From Azolla caroliniana (lineage: Eukaryota; Plantae; Polypodiophyta), in contig JBHGNT010000005.1 in the NCBI GenBank assembly GCA_043228905.1, positions 20,708,001-20,772,000 of the forward strand: a stretch of DNA of 64,000 nucleotides, given 5' to 3'. The notes under the pieces are model-generated. The model had not been told where the DNA came from and searched no databases. It saw nothing but the letters and a program-made list of their open reading frames with translations. A program made the translations under genes and the position numbers. This document shows, in pieces, positions 12,681 to 25,688 of this stretch. Numbering within the stretch: the stretch's first letter is position 1; each line of letters opens with the position of its first letter.

Positions 12681-13227
12681 TGTTAGGAAACCGGTCCCTC
12701 CGGATGGGAAGAGCACGAGCTGGATCAGATAGAGTCGATAGGTAATTCAGCTGAGGCCGAAAAATCGACTGACCCATGATCGATCAATAACCGATTCGGT
12801 TACCAAATCTAACATGGGGTTATATTTGTAAATAACTCATATTGTGTATATGAGTATAAATAACTTTAGGGCAAGTAGTTAGATAAAAGAATGGTGATTA
12901 TCATTGTTGTGAAAAAGGTTACAGTGAGTTGTTGCCTCTGTAACTAGAGTGGGAGAGTAAGAGTGTGTATGAGTAACTCTATAGTCATCTATGGACGAAG
13001 AAGAGCTCAAGGTCGTTGCCTTGAAACTTCTTCTTGTATTCCTCCTATTATAGTGATATAGTTCGAAGTTTGTGGACTCCTGTGGCTTTTCCCTTTCCGT
13101 GTTTTCCACGTAAAATATTTGTGTCTCTATACTTCTGGTTTGTATGTGTCTGTGTACTGTCATTCTCGATCTTTGCACCTGCATACACATACATATCAAC
13201 CGGTTGTGGCCGGTAGGATCCTCAACA
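12681..13227. mobile_element. Solo LTR (547 bp) inserted in the 5' LTR of element C
   Basis: TGTTAG...TCAACA termini and TSD AATAT (12676-12680, 13228-13232); absent from the 3' LTR at about 19760. Confidence 0.88.
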
Positions 13228-13411
13228 AATATAGATGTGAAATACTATTGTAATCAGATAGGCAAGAAATACTATTGTAATCATGATTCTTGGAATTATC
13301 AATACAAGCTATTTCGTTTCTCCTCTTTTTTTGACAAGAAGCCCGATGCTTACTTCCCAGATTCACAACTTTCTTTTCCTTTGCATTTGTACACCGTGAT
13401 CAACATCACAG

Positions 13412-13429
13412 TGGTGAACCTGACGTGAA
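13412..13429 (+). promoter_or_regulatory. PBS of element C, complementary to tRNA-Trp
   Basis: TGGTGAACCTGACGTGAA, one mismatch to the recalled plant tRNA-Trp 3' end TTCACGTCGGGTTCACCA. Confidence 0.8.
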
Positions 13430-13447
13430 CCACGGAAGTTAAGAGAG

Positions 13448-15665
13448 ATGGAGAAGCAACAAGCAGTCTCAGAGCCACGAATCAACCAAGAAGCCATTGT
13501 GGAGCCACAAATCAATGTGATGCTGCAAATGATTGAAAGAATGATGCAAACCCAAGAACGTGCAATTGCTCGTCAACAAATCGATCATGCTATTGACAAT
13601 CTTGTAGAGAAAATAGGTCTCTTTGAACGTAAAAATATATCTCAATTATTACAAGTATATGTTATTGTGATGGGAAGTAACGGGTTAAACCATGATGGTT
13701 CAAATGAATTTTGTGAGGATGGTTGAACTCCCTTTGAGAAATAGAGTCTCTGAACTCGCAACAAGTTCTAATGATTGGGTTGCATTCGAACAAGCTTTAT
13801 TAAATGAATACATGCTTGGTGATACAAATTGAGCATCAAGGAGGAGTTTCCTTGATTGGGTGTACAAAGAGGACAAGAAGATTTCAATGATAGAGTTGTT
13901 CAAAGAATTTGAAGCTCATTATAACTGATTAACATCGACCGGAAGGACTCTTTTGGAGTTGTAGAAGTTCATAGTACACTTGGAGGCATTAGACCGATCC
14001 TATCGAGAAATATTAGTTGCATTCCCTGAAGACTAGGCTACACCCATTGGTCTAGTATTCGATTGGAATAGAGTACATGAAGCTTGCAACAGAAACAACA
14101 AAAGAGCCTAATGGTGTGAAGATCTTTCTATTTCTAGGGGTACAAAAGGCATTAGTTCTTGAGATGAAGTGAAGATAACCATTAGGGAAGATACTGGGAG
14201 TCCGTCAACTATTTCCAAGGTACCTGAAACAGTGATCGATGATCTCATCAAAGGTATAAAAGATCTTTCATTACAAGTTGCAAGGCTATGAGAAGAAAAA
14301 TCCTCACATCCCCAAAAACATTATGAAAGAAGATGCGTATGGTGTGATAGCGTCGACCATTCAAGAGGAGGGTGTGATAACTATTAAGACATGATAGACA
14401 GAGGGGTGATATTCTTCAAAGATGGTAAGATTCATTCTTCTAAAACTCGATTACCTCTCCAAACTAACTTTAGAAGAGTTGGTATGAGAAGGATCATGGG
14501 AGATGAGGAAACAACTAGGATGCAAGCTATCTATCAACCAACAACTGTAATCATCCATGTTGGTAAAGGAGGATCCGAATCTGATTTTTGGCCATGTATT
14601 TTAAAAGATGCAAGAAAGGGTAAAATCAAGGTTGAAAAGTTGAAGTCTGGAGGTGATGTTGTCCGAAGCAATATTGGGTGGGAAGATCCAGTGGATGGCC
14701 TCTCAACTTTCACAAGGGTTGCAACAAACCAAGCCCATGACGTGATCATGGAAGAGAAACAAAAAAGGGCAGAAAATGAAGATAACAAGAAGTGGGAGCT
14801 AAGAAGTGCTAAAAAGAGGGAGACGGAAAATTTGAAAATGGTAAGCCTCGACATTGAAAAAAGTAAGGATAAGAAAAGTCCTTCATTCAAATTATTATCG
14901 GATATTGAAGCTTCAACTAATTTGAAAAAAGTATTGGAAGAAAGAATTTTAGATAACAAAGTGGAGCTTTTCTTGAGGGAGCTTTTGGGCATAGCTAAAA
15001 AAGAATTTCATGATGCAATAATAGATTGGATTAAAAGAAATTGCAAAATATTGAAGCCGCTGAAAACCTAGGGAGTGAAATGAAGAAATCAATGATGGAC
15101 GTCATCAAGGTGAACCAAGCTCTTCCATTGTTGGTACACAACTTTTGAAGAGAAGCTGAAAGAGCTAAAAAGCTACTATGCTAAAAAACATTGGCAGAGA
15201 GCAACAACTGAGACACCCGTGAATATTGGAAACCTTGAAGATCCGGTCGTGACCTTAATTGGCCACGGCTCAAAAATTAATCTAATTTCTTATGATATTT
15301 ATAGGAAAGGTGGATGACCAATGGAAACGGATCATGGGTGGAGGGCAAAATCGACTAATTCAACAACCAAGGAACTTCATGGAGCTTGCCCGAACATCAA
15401 AGTCACCATTGGAGATATGCCAATGGAGCAACATTTCTTTATCCAAAAGGCCTCGTCATACCCTCTTGGTCAACCATACATCACATCTTCAAGGATGGAG
15501 ATGAAGGTGCTTGAAGATGGCTCGACATATGCTAGGATCCGAAGTACCGATGGTAAAAGGAGTGTTCAATTTCTTACTGTTAGGCGGGAGCATGATAGAA
15601 ATAAAGAAGAATTACAAATTAACTCGTGTGGGCATGATATATCATCTTATGAGTTGGATTTTTAA
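13448..15665 (+). pseudogene. gag-protease ORF of element C, decayed
   Basis: Zinc knuckle CVWCDSVDHSRGGC near 14334; LKKVLEERILD..LRELLGIAKKEFHD; protease remnant LIGHGSKINL; ends YELDF*. Confidence 0.8.
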
Positions 15666-18600
15666 ATAGGATCATTGATGGGCAGGGACACAATGGTCTC
15701 AAAGCTTTCCTTTCCCTGCAAAAAAGTTTTCTGATTAATAAAACAATCAATGCTTCCTTTAATACAATGGATGGATTTACCCGTTACCTTGGCATGGAAA
15801 GACATGCACAAAATGAAGGGAGCAGCAAGATGTTGGATGCATTGTGCACTTCAAGGATGATTGAAAGGGATGCAATAATTACTGGTATGTTGCTTGAATA
15901 TTCAAATGTTGATATAGTCAAAATATTAGAAAATTGCTTGAATGAGAAAGAATACGACAAAAGATTTGATCATGTTAATTATGTTGACATGTACCTTCAT
16001 ATTACCGATTTTATTGAGAAAAATGGTTGTATAGCTAATAGTAAAATAACTGGTAATAGCTATCATGGAATGGCTAATGATAAAAAAGCAAGTGAAAATA
16101 GTTATGCAATAATAGTTAACACTAAATATAAAACAATCGACAAAAAGGTCAAGCCCGTGGCCATGCATCTGCCTATGCATAGTACTAAAATGAAAAAGAA
16201 TGTCACGTTTGAGCCAATGTTACAGGATTCTAAGGATATTGGTCATAAGTTTACAAATGCTACTGTAGATCAACTAAAAATTGGTGAGAATGATTTTCTT
16301 TTGCCTGTTGAGACACAATGTTTTTGAAATATGATTGCTAGTCATGGAAAGCATTTGCATTTGAGTAAAGTGAAATTGGTTGGGTAGATCCATCAGTTGT
16401 GGAACCAATGATTATATTCACAGTTCTGCATATTCCTTGGAATTCAAGGCTTGTCCCTGTTCCTTGGGCCCAAATACCACAAGTAATAGCTTTGGTTAAG
16501 GAAAAAATAAAAATGGGTATCTTGGAGCCATCAGATGCCCCGACTCGAATAAGTGGTTTACTGTACCTAAAAAGAATGGTTCATTAACTTGGTTCATTCA
16601 GGATTTATAGCTTGTCAATAGAGTTACTATTCGAAACGTTGGTGTTGGACTGGTTGTAGATGCCTTTGCAGAAGCTTTCGTAGGAAGAGCTATATATTCT
16701 ATGTGTGATTTGTATTCAAGATATGATCAATTTCATCTTGTTATTGATAGTCGTGATATAAATACTGTCAGAACACCAATTGGGTTGATGCGAATGTGTA
16801 CATTGCCTCAAGGTGCTACAAATTCTGTAGCACATATGGTGAATGCTATGAATAAAATTTTAAGAGATTTTGTGCCAAAAGTAACTATGCCTTTTCTTGA
16901 TGATGTTCCAATGAAAAGATGCTTGGTGAATGAGAAGGATGAAAAGCTCATGCCGAACTGATGTAGAAAGTTCATTGCAGACCACATTTGTGATTGTGAA
17001 AGAATCCTTTCAGGTTAGAAGAGGTTCATCTTACATTTTCAGGTAAAAAATCCATGTTTGGGGTTCCCGAAGTTTTGGTTGTAGGGCACATGTGTGGCCC
17101 CTACGGAAGAAAGTCATCCCCAATTAAGGTAAATGCAACTCAAAATCTAAAGGATGATTGTAAGTCTCTAACGGAAGTACATAGGTTTCTGGGTGCTTGT
17201 GTGTTTTACCGAATTTGGATTCTACATTTCGCACATGTGGCTGATCCGCTTTATGGGTTGCTTAAGAAAAATTCAAGTTTTGTTTGGACTAATATACATA
17301 CAAATGCAATTCGCCAACTAAAGGAAATGTTGTTGAATGCCCATGTTTTACGAAGGCTAGGTATGATAGTCGACACCCCATCATTGTTACTGTAGATACG
17401 AGTTCAATCGGGATCAGTTGGGTTGTTAGCCAAGGAGAGAAGGAGGGGTCAAGATATGCAGTTCGATTTGGTGCAAATATCTTAACAGAACGTCAAAGAG
17501 CTTACCCATAGATTAAGAGAGAGATATGGGGTATGTTAACAGTTATTAAAACGAATCGTGAATACTTAATTGGTGTTGAAGTTGTGGTTGAAACAAATTG
17601 TCGTTCGTTGGTAGGAATGATTTCAAGTTGTGAAACATCTGATATAGCTATGCGTAGGTGGATAGCTTACATAAAATCACCTAGTCTTGAAATCAAGCAC
17701 ATTGTAGGAGCGGATAACCTAGTTGTGAATATGCTCTTAAGAGCGAGGTTTAAAGGTAAAAATAAATGGTAACGGCTGATGAAGAAGATGAGAGTTTCGA
17801 TTTCTTTTCCATAAATTGTAACTCAAAAGGGTCATGTGATTTTGGTGTTCATGTTATTCTTCGTGAATCTGAGTACGAGGGGGAGATGTTGCAAATTGGG
17901 AAATACTTGAGTACTCATGGGAAAGATGGAACATGATCAAGGGAGCTATTTCATAAAATAAGAAAGAAAGTTTATAAGTTTTTTCTTCATGAGGGGTATC
18001 TTTGGAGACATCCAAAAGTTGTGAAAGGGATTCCGCAAAGAGTGATCGGGAGAAGGGAAGAGCAACAAAAACTAATATTTGAGTTTCATGATACTTTATG
18101 GGTGGTCATCGTGGAGTTTGGGCCACCTACTCAAATTAAAAGAGAAGTTTTGTTGGGCTGGAATGTACAACGATGTTGCAGATTATGTACAATTGTGTGA
18201 GAATTGCCAAATGTATTCAAATATTTGGCATTGTGATGGGTGGTTGCAACCTACTTATTCTTTATCTCTACATTATAAATGGGATGTGGATATTGTAATA
18301 ATGCCTATTGGTGTTTGGCAAATGAGATATCTTGTATTGGCAAGAGAAGATTTAACAAATCAAGTGGAAGGTCGAGCCCTATGCCAAAAAACCACTTCAG
18401 TTATTTGTAAATTCCTTCTTGAAGATGCGGTATTTAGGTATGGGTGCATTGGGAAGATTGTTGCTAACAGAGGAGATGGAGATTCGACTATCCTTAACAA
18501 CGGTGTATAACCTTGAAGCTAATGGGAAGACTGAGTGTGGACATGGCCCTATAGTGAAAGCTTTGGTGAAAGCTTGTGATGGCAAGATAACTAACTAGCC

Positions 18601-19120
18601 TCATTTGTTATCGTATGCACTATGGGCTCACCACACTACTCACAGTTCCGTGACTAGTTTTATGCCATCAGAATTGATACTTGGTCAAAAGCCAATTATG
18701 CCAATAGAAGAATTAGTATTTTCTTGGGTTTCCTTGCCATGGGCAGATGAAATGAGTCGAGAAGATTTGCTTGCTCTTAAAATAAGACAACTATAATGAA
18801 GGGATGAAGATGTTCAAATAGCTATAGAAAGGATGAAACAATGTCGATTGCGGAACAAAGAAGGGTTTGACAAAACCCATCGCCTTTGACCAAGAAAGCT
18901 CCAAGAAGGTGATTGGGTCATAGTATATGCTAGCAGCTTGGATAGCCAACATAGTACTTCCCACAAGTTTGCCAAAAGATGGTTCAGACCATATGTCATT
19001 AGATAAGTAAATAAAAATGCAACTTATCTCCTAATTGAAATGGATGGAGTTGCTTTAAGGGTTTCCGATTGTAGGGAAGCAAATTAAGCTATTCAAGAAA
19101 AGGGAATATCAAAGCCCTAA
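15656..19120 (+). pseudogene. pol (RT-RH-INT) of element C in the -1 frame, decayed
   Basis: TKYKTIDKKVKPV, MCTLPQGATNSVAHM, PFLDD, WDVDIVIMP, REDLTNQVEGRAL; many stops and frameshifts. Confidence 0.85.
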
Positions 19121-21255
19121 CTTCCTTAATGAAGACATCATCCATGAAGCTGAAGAAGGAGATGTTCGTTGGCGCATGCTGGAAGATGCGCGAGTCTAGA
19201 AGGGGAGGATGTCGTGACGTTTTCGTGGCACGATGAGAAAATAACCTCTACCAAATTATACGAACTAATTCAATCTTTGTAAATGGTTGTTTAGCAAAGT
19301 GATAGCTAATACCTTGATAAGAACTGATCGCCACAAGATGATAATATGATGTGTAAGTAGCAAGTTGAATCTACTAGTAGGAAAAAAAACAAAAAACAAA
19401 ATACAGAGTAAAATATTTTAAAGTCAAATACCTATTCAAAGCACATTTTGTTATTATCACTATCAGGTATTTTAGCTATTAAAGCTATTACCTACTTTTA
19501 AAGCTAAATACATATTATTAGCACATTTTGCTACTATCACTATTAGGTATTTTAGTTATTAAAGCTATTAACCGCTTTTAAAGCTAAATACCTATTCAAA
19601 GCAGATTTTTGCTATTATCACGATAAGGCATTTTAGCTATTAAAGCTATCACCACCTAATGTAAGTGCCTCTTATGCATGGGTGATAGACACTTGACACT
19701 CATGCACCCACCGTCCTCATTATAAAAGGGGGGGTGAGTAATCTTATCAAGGGGGAATACAGACGTGAAATACTATTGTAATCAGATAGGCAAGAAATAC
19801 TATTGTAATCATGATTCTTGGAATTATCAATACAAGCTATTTCGGTTCTCCTCTTTCTTTGACAAGAAGCCCGATGCGTACTTCCTGGATTCACAACTTT
19901 CTTTTCCTTTGCAGGCGTACGCCGTGATCAACATCACAACGCCACTTTATGATTATTATTTAATGTTATGTATACAATAGATGATCGCCAAATAGCATGC
20001 ATGCATGTGCGCCAAGTGTCGATCATGCGTGATCCCGTGTATATTATATAACTGGAAGATCTGGTTAATATTGAACCATTCTGATTCAAAGCCAATCTTC
20101 CACACCCTTATTATCTTGGTCTTTTTTGTCTTCTTGCTTTGTTATTATCTTATTGCCTTCGAAATCGACATCATCTTCGAAACTTTAGTTGTGACAAAGG
20201 GTATGGGAGATTACAAGTTCGATGCATAGTCATGAGTGCTTCACATTTTGTGTTCTAGTTGATTTGGGGTGAGGTACTCCATCGCATTGCCTAGTCCTTG
20301 CACATGGTCGGACTTGGTGGCACCCATTCCTTCTTCATATGGCTTAATTCAATGCCTGAAGTATCCATTCCATATAGGCAACCTAATGTTCTCCAAGAAA
20401 GAAGGGCAAGGCATGTGACATTGTCAATGAAAGACAACGATGCCTTCCCAAGCCAAGTGAGAATAATGACTCAAACTAGAAGGTTATGAATGAGTAATGC
20501 TTTGAATGCTTGTTTGGTTCATTTGACCCTCAAATGCATGAGTTGGTACAAACTCAACTTACCATTGAGAAACAAACTCAACTTACCATTTGACCCTCAA
20601 ATGCAAGAGAGAAAGAGAGAGAACACATCGCGGAGTTAATCGACACTTTCCTAATACAACTTACAGATCCGATTTCCAACACACAAGGACCAGAAACAAT
20701 ACCATTGCAACTCTCTTGACCATTAAGAAAATGATCTGAAAAGCAGATGATAACAATGCCTCCCCTTTTTTCGTTTTTCCGTCTTTCTTGGGTTTCGAAA
20801 ACTTAAGGTTTCAAGAACAGGGTCAGAAAATGAGAATCATTTCTGTAGAGGTGCTCTAAGATGCTTAAGGTTTCAGAAACGAACAAGGAGAATGGTGGTG
20901 GCGAGGTACGGTCTATTCTTAGAACGCGAATGCACAAAGGAAGGGATATGTCTCCTGGAACATAGTTATAGAATACTTAACATACAATATATATAAATTA
21001 TGTACGCTAAGTATTCTAACTTCTTCTTTTTAAAATACTTAGGATACGTATTTTACAAATAAAATACGACGTTAAATACTTAGAATACGTATTTTACAAG
21101 AGTATGGAATGACCACAAATTTAACTAAGTGGAAGGCTGCCCATTTAGCTGCTATTTACCTGGTTTGAAAGCTGAAGCAGGGGCAGGGCCATCCATGGTC
21201 ATGGTCTTTTGCTCCTTATATAAACAAAATCAAAGCACTGGGGTTTTTGAGGTTT

Positions 21256-21418
21256 GAGAAGAAGAAGAAGAAGAAGAAGAAGAAGAAGAAGAAGCCATAG
21301 CCAAGCCATAACCAAGCTAGAGCCATAGCCATAGCCAAGACATAACCATAACCATATCCATATCCATATCCATATCCATATCCATATCCAAGACATAAAC
21401 ATAACCATAGCCATAGCC
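21256..21418 (+). repeat. (AGA)n then (CCATAN)n microsatellites in the 5' region of ICln
   Basis: About 12 AGA units followed by ccatag/ccataa/ccatat hexamers that run up to the ATG. Confidence 0.9.
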
Positions 21419-23842
21419 ATGTCCTCTCATGGTCTTGTTGCCTTCCTTGACAGGGACCCCATCAATGGCCTCCCTCGTATCGACACTGCCTCCGGAGAAT
21501 CGATCTGCGCCGTCCAATCCTGTGTCGGTATCTCCCTCGACGACGGCCCCCTTCAACAACCTGGTACCCTCCATGTAACCACCAAGTAAGGCTCTTCTTT
21601 CTCCACCCCCCCCCCCCCCTTCTCCCTTCAAATTCTTCTTCGTTTCTCTGTGCTTTTGTTTTTTTAATCTTCTCTTTGTTGCCACTTTCTTTAGAAAGTA
21701 CTTCTGCAGATGTCCATAGACCAACTTTTGTTTTCCTGTCCATCTTTGTTTGATGGACCTCTTTATAGTTCAAAGGGGGGTGACACACAAAAAAAAATTG
21801 ACATTAAATGCCCAAATACTACCATTTATTTGTCCTTTTTTGTGCATGTAACCATGGTAATTTTGCTCACAGAGACCCCAAAGAGGGAAAAGGGAAGGAA
21901 ATAAAGAAAACCAAGTTCAACCCATAGATTTACAAACACCATCTTTGTGGTTGGAACCATGGTAGTGAAAAGCTTAAAGGGCAAAATCTTGGGGTAAAAA
22001 CCAAGAAAAACAATTAAGCGTTTTCTTCCTTGAAAAGACACAAAAAAGCGATAATCAACGCTTTAAATGCTCGCATCTGGTTCATAGTCGAATTGTGTAT
22101 GTTTTCTATTTCTTTTGCCTTGAGCATCAAAACTCCTTTGCGTTATTACACTAATGTTGCAGGAGGCTGATCTGGATAAGCGATGTAGATGAGCATGGCT
22201 ACGCTGTTGATTTTCTTTCCCTATCAATGCATGCCATATCAAGGGACCCAGAGGCATATCCCCTTCCTTGTATTTATACACAAGTAAGTTATATCTTCCT
22301 ATTTTTATATGCTGATGATCCTCATAAGTTTAAATATGTAAATACAGTGAATCATTGTGCTGTTTTATGATGGGTTTGCTTGTACAGGATTATGACTAGT
22401 ACTGCTCAATTCAATCGTTCATGTCCATTTATAACTGTCCCTTTTACTCCGTGAATTTGTGAAATGGTTTATCAATACACAAATTGACTGTTGTATGTAT
22501 ATTCACTCATACTTTTTAAACAGTATGTAATTATGAATACTGATAATTGCATTTGTGTATAACTCTCTGTTTTCAGATAGAAGCAGATGATAAATTGGAG
22601 TATAGTGATGAGGAAATGGATGAGAGAAATAATGGTGGAGATTTGTCAGAAGTGCATGAGATGCGCTTGGTTCCTTCTGATCCAAGTGTATGTATCCTGT
22701 GTCAGTTTGAGATACATCTGTGTGTAAAATTTGGTCATTATTAACATTTATGTAAAACAAGGTTTAGACATTTGTGTGTTTTTTACTGTATGTACACTGC
22801 ATAGGTTTTTGATTGCATCAAATTCTTGCTTAGATACAATTTAATGTTGTGCAAGCTCTACCTGATGCATAAGTAAAGGTGGCTAGTTTAGTCACTGTAA
22901 CCTTATTCATGGAGTATGAAGTTGAAAGTATTTACAATGGAGTATGGAGTATTTACAAAGATGCGATCCGCTAGGCAAAACATCAATTAACATGAATAAA
23001 TGACTGCCTAATAAGGGAGACCTGATGAACTGAAGAAAGAAAGATGCATTAATGTCTCAAAAGGACCGAAATTGCCTCCAGAGACTCAAACATATTATAA
23101 ATGAAAAATGTTCTTTACCCTATGAGAACAAGGAAAGAAATAATATGAATATAACTAAGAGGAACAATGAATAAAAGAGGCAGCTATCCAGCTTCTTGTC
23201 AGAGGGAGAACATTGCTACTTTTAGATCTGTGGACTTATAGATTGAAGGATACAGATGCTTTTCAGCAGTTGAGCTCTTTCACTTATTCTTTGTATATCA
23301 GGTTACAGGTAACGAAGGAAAAATTTAGTACGAATAGAAACTGCATTTGCATTTTTGTACATTGTGATATAATTAGAATTAGAATTGTTGATATATGCTT
23401 ACTTCAATCTTCCTTAACTCAAAAATACATCAATTAGTGGATGGCCTTTTCAAAACACTCTGTGATTGTGCACTACTCAACCCTGACCCTGAAGGAGGTA
23501 AGTTCTTTGAGGATGTTTGGATATCAAGCATCTTTGTTGCTGTCTTTGTAATACATGAAAGGGGTGCATTTCAGAGCTAGAAGGTGAGGCTGATTGGTTT
23601 TTCAATGAGGATGAAGTTCTGGCAAATGCTATTGGACAGTCTAATGGTACAAAAGATCATGAAGTATCGGGCTTATCTAAGGTTCTCTGGCCTTCCCTAG
23701 TTCACTCTGCATCTATCATTTTTTGCTGCTAATCAAACTGATCCACGTTTTCCCAATATTTGGCCATTAATTTTGTTTTGTTTTGTTCCAGCTTCATCTT
23801 GACGATGAGCAATTTGATGATGCGGATGAAGCTGATGTCTAA
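21419..23842 (+). CDS. ICLN: Chloride conductance regulatory protein ICln / methylosome subunit pICln; exons 21419-21585, 22163-22283, 22577-22691, 23438-23497, 23575-23681, 23792-23842
   Basis: Spliced protein MSSHGL..PGTLHVTTKRLIWISD..GYAVDFLSLSMHAISRDPEAYPLPCIYTQIE..EMRLVPSD..LFKTLCDCALLNPDPE..QFDDADE; GT-AG introns in phase. Confidence 0.9.
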
Positions 23843-24925
23843 GTGGCAGGCAACGTTTAGCGTCACCTGATGATTCTGGTTCTTTGAAATGTCAAATCTT
23901 CTCTAATGGCTGCAGAAATCTCTTCCACCAGAATTGATTAAATTAAGAGTAAATACGTGCTTCAGCATCCTTACATAACAATGAGTTTTCGACTGCTGTT
24001 TAAGCCGGGTTCAATGTGCTGCAAAACTATCTAGTCGTTGTACTGTTTTACCGTTCCTCGTATACTAAAGAACCATGGACTAGCTAACATACTTGAAACT
24101 TCTGTTTGAACTCTGCGATCAGTTTCCAAATTTGTATCTCTTTTGAGAACTCACTCTAGAGTTAGTAGGAAAATCAGGCTGATTTCACATCCATTCATGG
24201 CTTTTCTTCTTGTTTAATTAATTTGTTTGTAATGTTTAGTTTATGTACTCATCATGGCAACTTTTTTTACATACGTATGGTAAGCTTTACACCAATCTTT
24301 TAGGTTATTCATGTTCTTTTGTGAAGTGAACAAAATTTTAAGAATTGCATTGAAAGTGCAAAGATGTGGTGAAGGAATATAAATTGGAATCCAAATGTTG
24401 TGGTAGATTTCTCATTTATTCTTTTTAAGGCAATCAACTGGCTTTGGAAAGGAAAGCTTCCGTTGGAAGAATTTTTTTTATTACGTCTTGCTTATTTGTT
24501 TACAAAATTATATGTATGTCTATCATTGTGTACTGACATCGATTATTTTAGTGTTCGATATTTAGCATCAATGTTGTTTAAAAGGTTTGTAACTGACTTT
24601 ATTTTTCAGTTGTAAACTTTGGTTTCTTGTCAAATTATTTTACGATATCATACAAAAACCAAGACTTGCTTTCAAAATGTGGCTTTGGAACCCATTTGCT
24701 GACACACTCCCCACAAATATACTTCAGTGAAAATGCAGTAGATATTATATTAATTCGGGGAAATGTTGAAACATGTACATGCATTGTTGACTGGGAAAAA
24801 ACTAAAAACTATGATGTTTATGTTTCTATGATGAATGATTTTATCATTGTGGTGTTCATGTCAATATTCATGACCTATTCTTCTTGGCAACTCTTCATTT
24901 TCTTCAAACATTTTTCATTTGATTA

Positions 24926-25374
24926 GATGGGCAAATCCTCACTTTGACAAGACCTAAACAGGCCATATCCTTATCTCCGAAGGCCAGGTATAGTTCTAAC
25001 TGCAAGATTACCTGTGTGGAGTGTGACTATTCCCTGTGGTTTGGTGATCATGATTACGATCACCTCTCATGTCATATATTTGCATGAAGGTCATGAGATA
25101 ATAGAGGCTTTTGCAGATTACACATACTCATGTGAAGGTCAAAAGACATGATGGGCAAATCCTCACTTTGACAAGACCTAAACGGGCCATATCCTTATCT
25201 CCGAAGGCCAGGTATAGTTCTAACTGCAAGATTACCTGTGTGGAGTGTGACTATTCCCTGTGGTTTGGTGATCATGATTACGATCACCTCTCATGTCATA
25301 TATTTGCATGAAGGTCATGAGATAATAGAGGCTTTTGCAGATTTCACATACTCATGTGAAGGTCAAAAGACATG
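24926..25374. repeat. 224-bp tandem duplication upstream of the cyclin
   Basis: gatgggcaaatcctcactttgac... at 24926 and 25150, nearly identical. Confidence 0.92.
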
Positions 25375-25688
25375 TAGTAGGTGTTTGCAGATTAGACATA
25401 GTCATCTAAAAGTCATGAAATATTTGTAGCTTTTTGCATATTAGTAGGAAAGAAACAGACAAATGGCAAAAAGGCAATAGAATAATAGGAGGGGAAAGCA
25501 AGTGATGCCATTGCTCCTAAAGTTAAGGAATGAAATCGTGCACCAGTGCTTGTTGGCACATCCAGTGCTTTTTCTCAAAAGTCAAAACACGATGAGCTGT
25601 GCCATTACTGAGAAAGAATTTCATTGAAAGGTCATTTACAGTGCTTATTGTTTTGACTTGGCTCTCATCTCAAAGTAGAAGCAAGTGA

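Larger units (their letters stand above)
12137..19938 (+). mobile_element. Element C: tRNA-Trp-primed non-chromovirus Ty3/gypsy, old and decayed, AT-rich
   Basis: LTRs 12137-13410 (carrying an inserted solo LTR) and 19210-19938; PBS at 13412; PPT agaaggggagga; imperfect 4-bp TSD ACGA/ACGC; fragmented gag-PR, RT (LPQGATNSV, FLDD), RH and INT. Confidence 0.9.
11313..20196 (+). mobile_element. Element B: internally deleted Tcn1-like chromovirus (integrase C-terminus plus chromodomain); its 3' LTR (12072-12136 + ~19943-20196) is split by element C
   Basis: tgtcacaaaatat.aatatcaaaattcaa at 11313 and 12072; QDDW..FAYNNSIHS, KLDFQHLAPF, YEVEAILDSK; PPT aaggagggggtga; LTR ends gttgtgaca at 20196. 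Confidence 0.7.

Noticed and set aside
21199-21788. Minus-strand ORFs with WIWIWI/MDMDMD/poly-L
   Set aside because: They are antisense translations of microsatellites and ICln exon 1.
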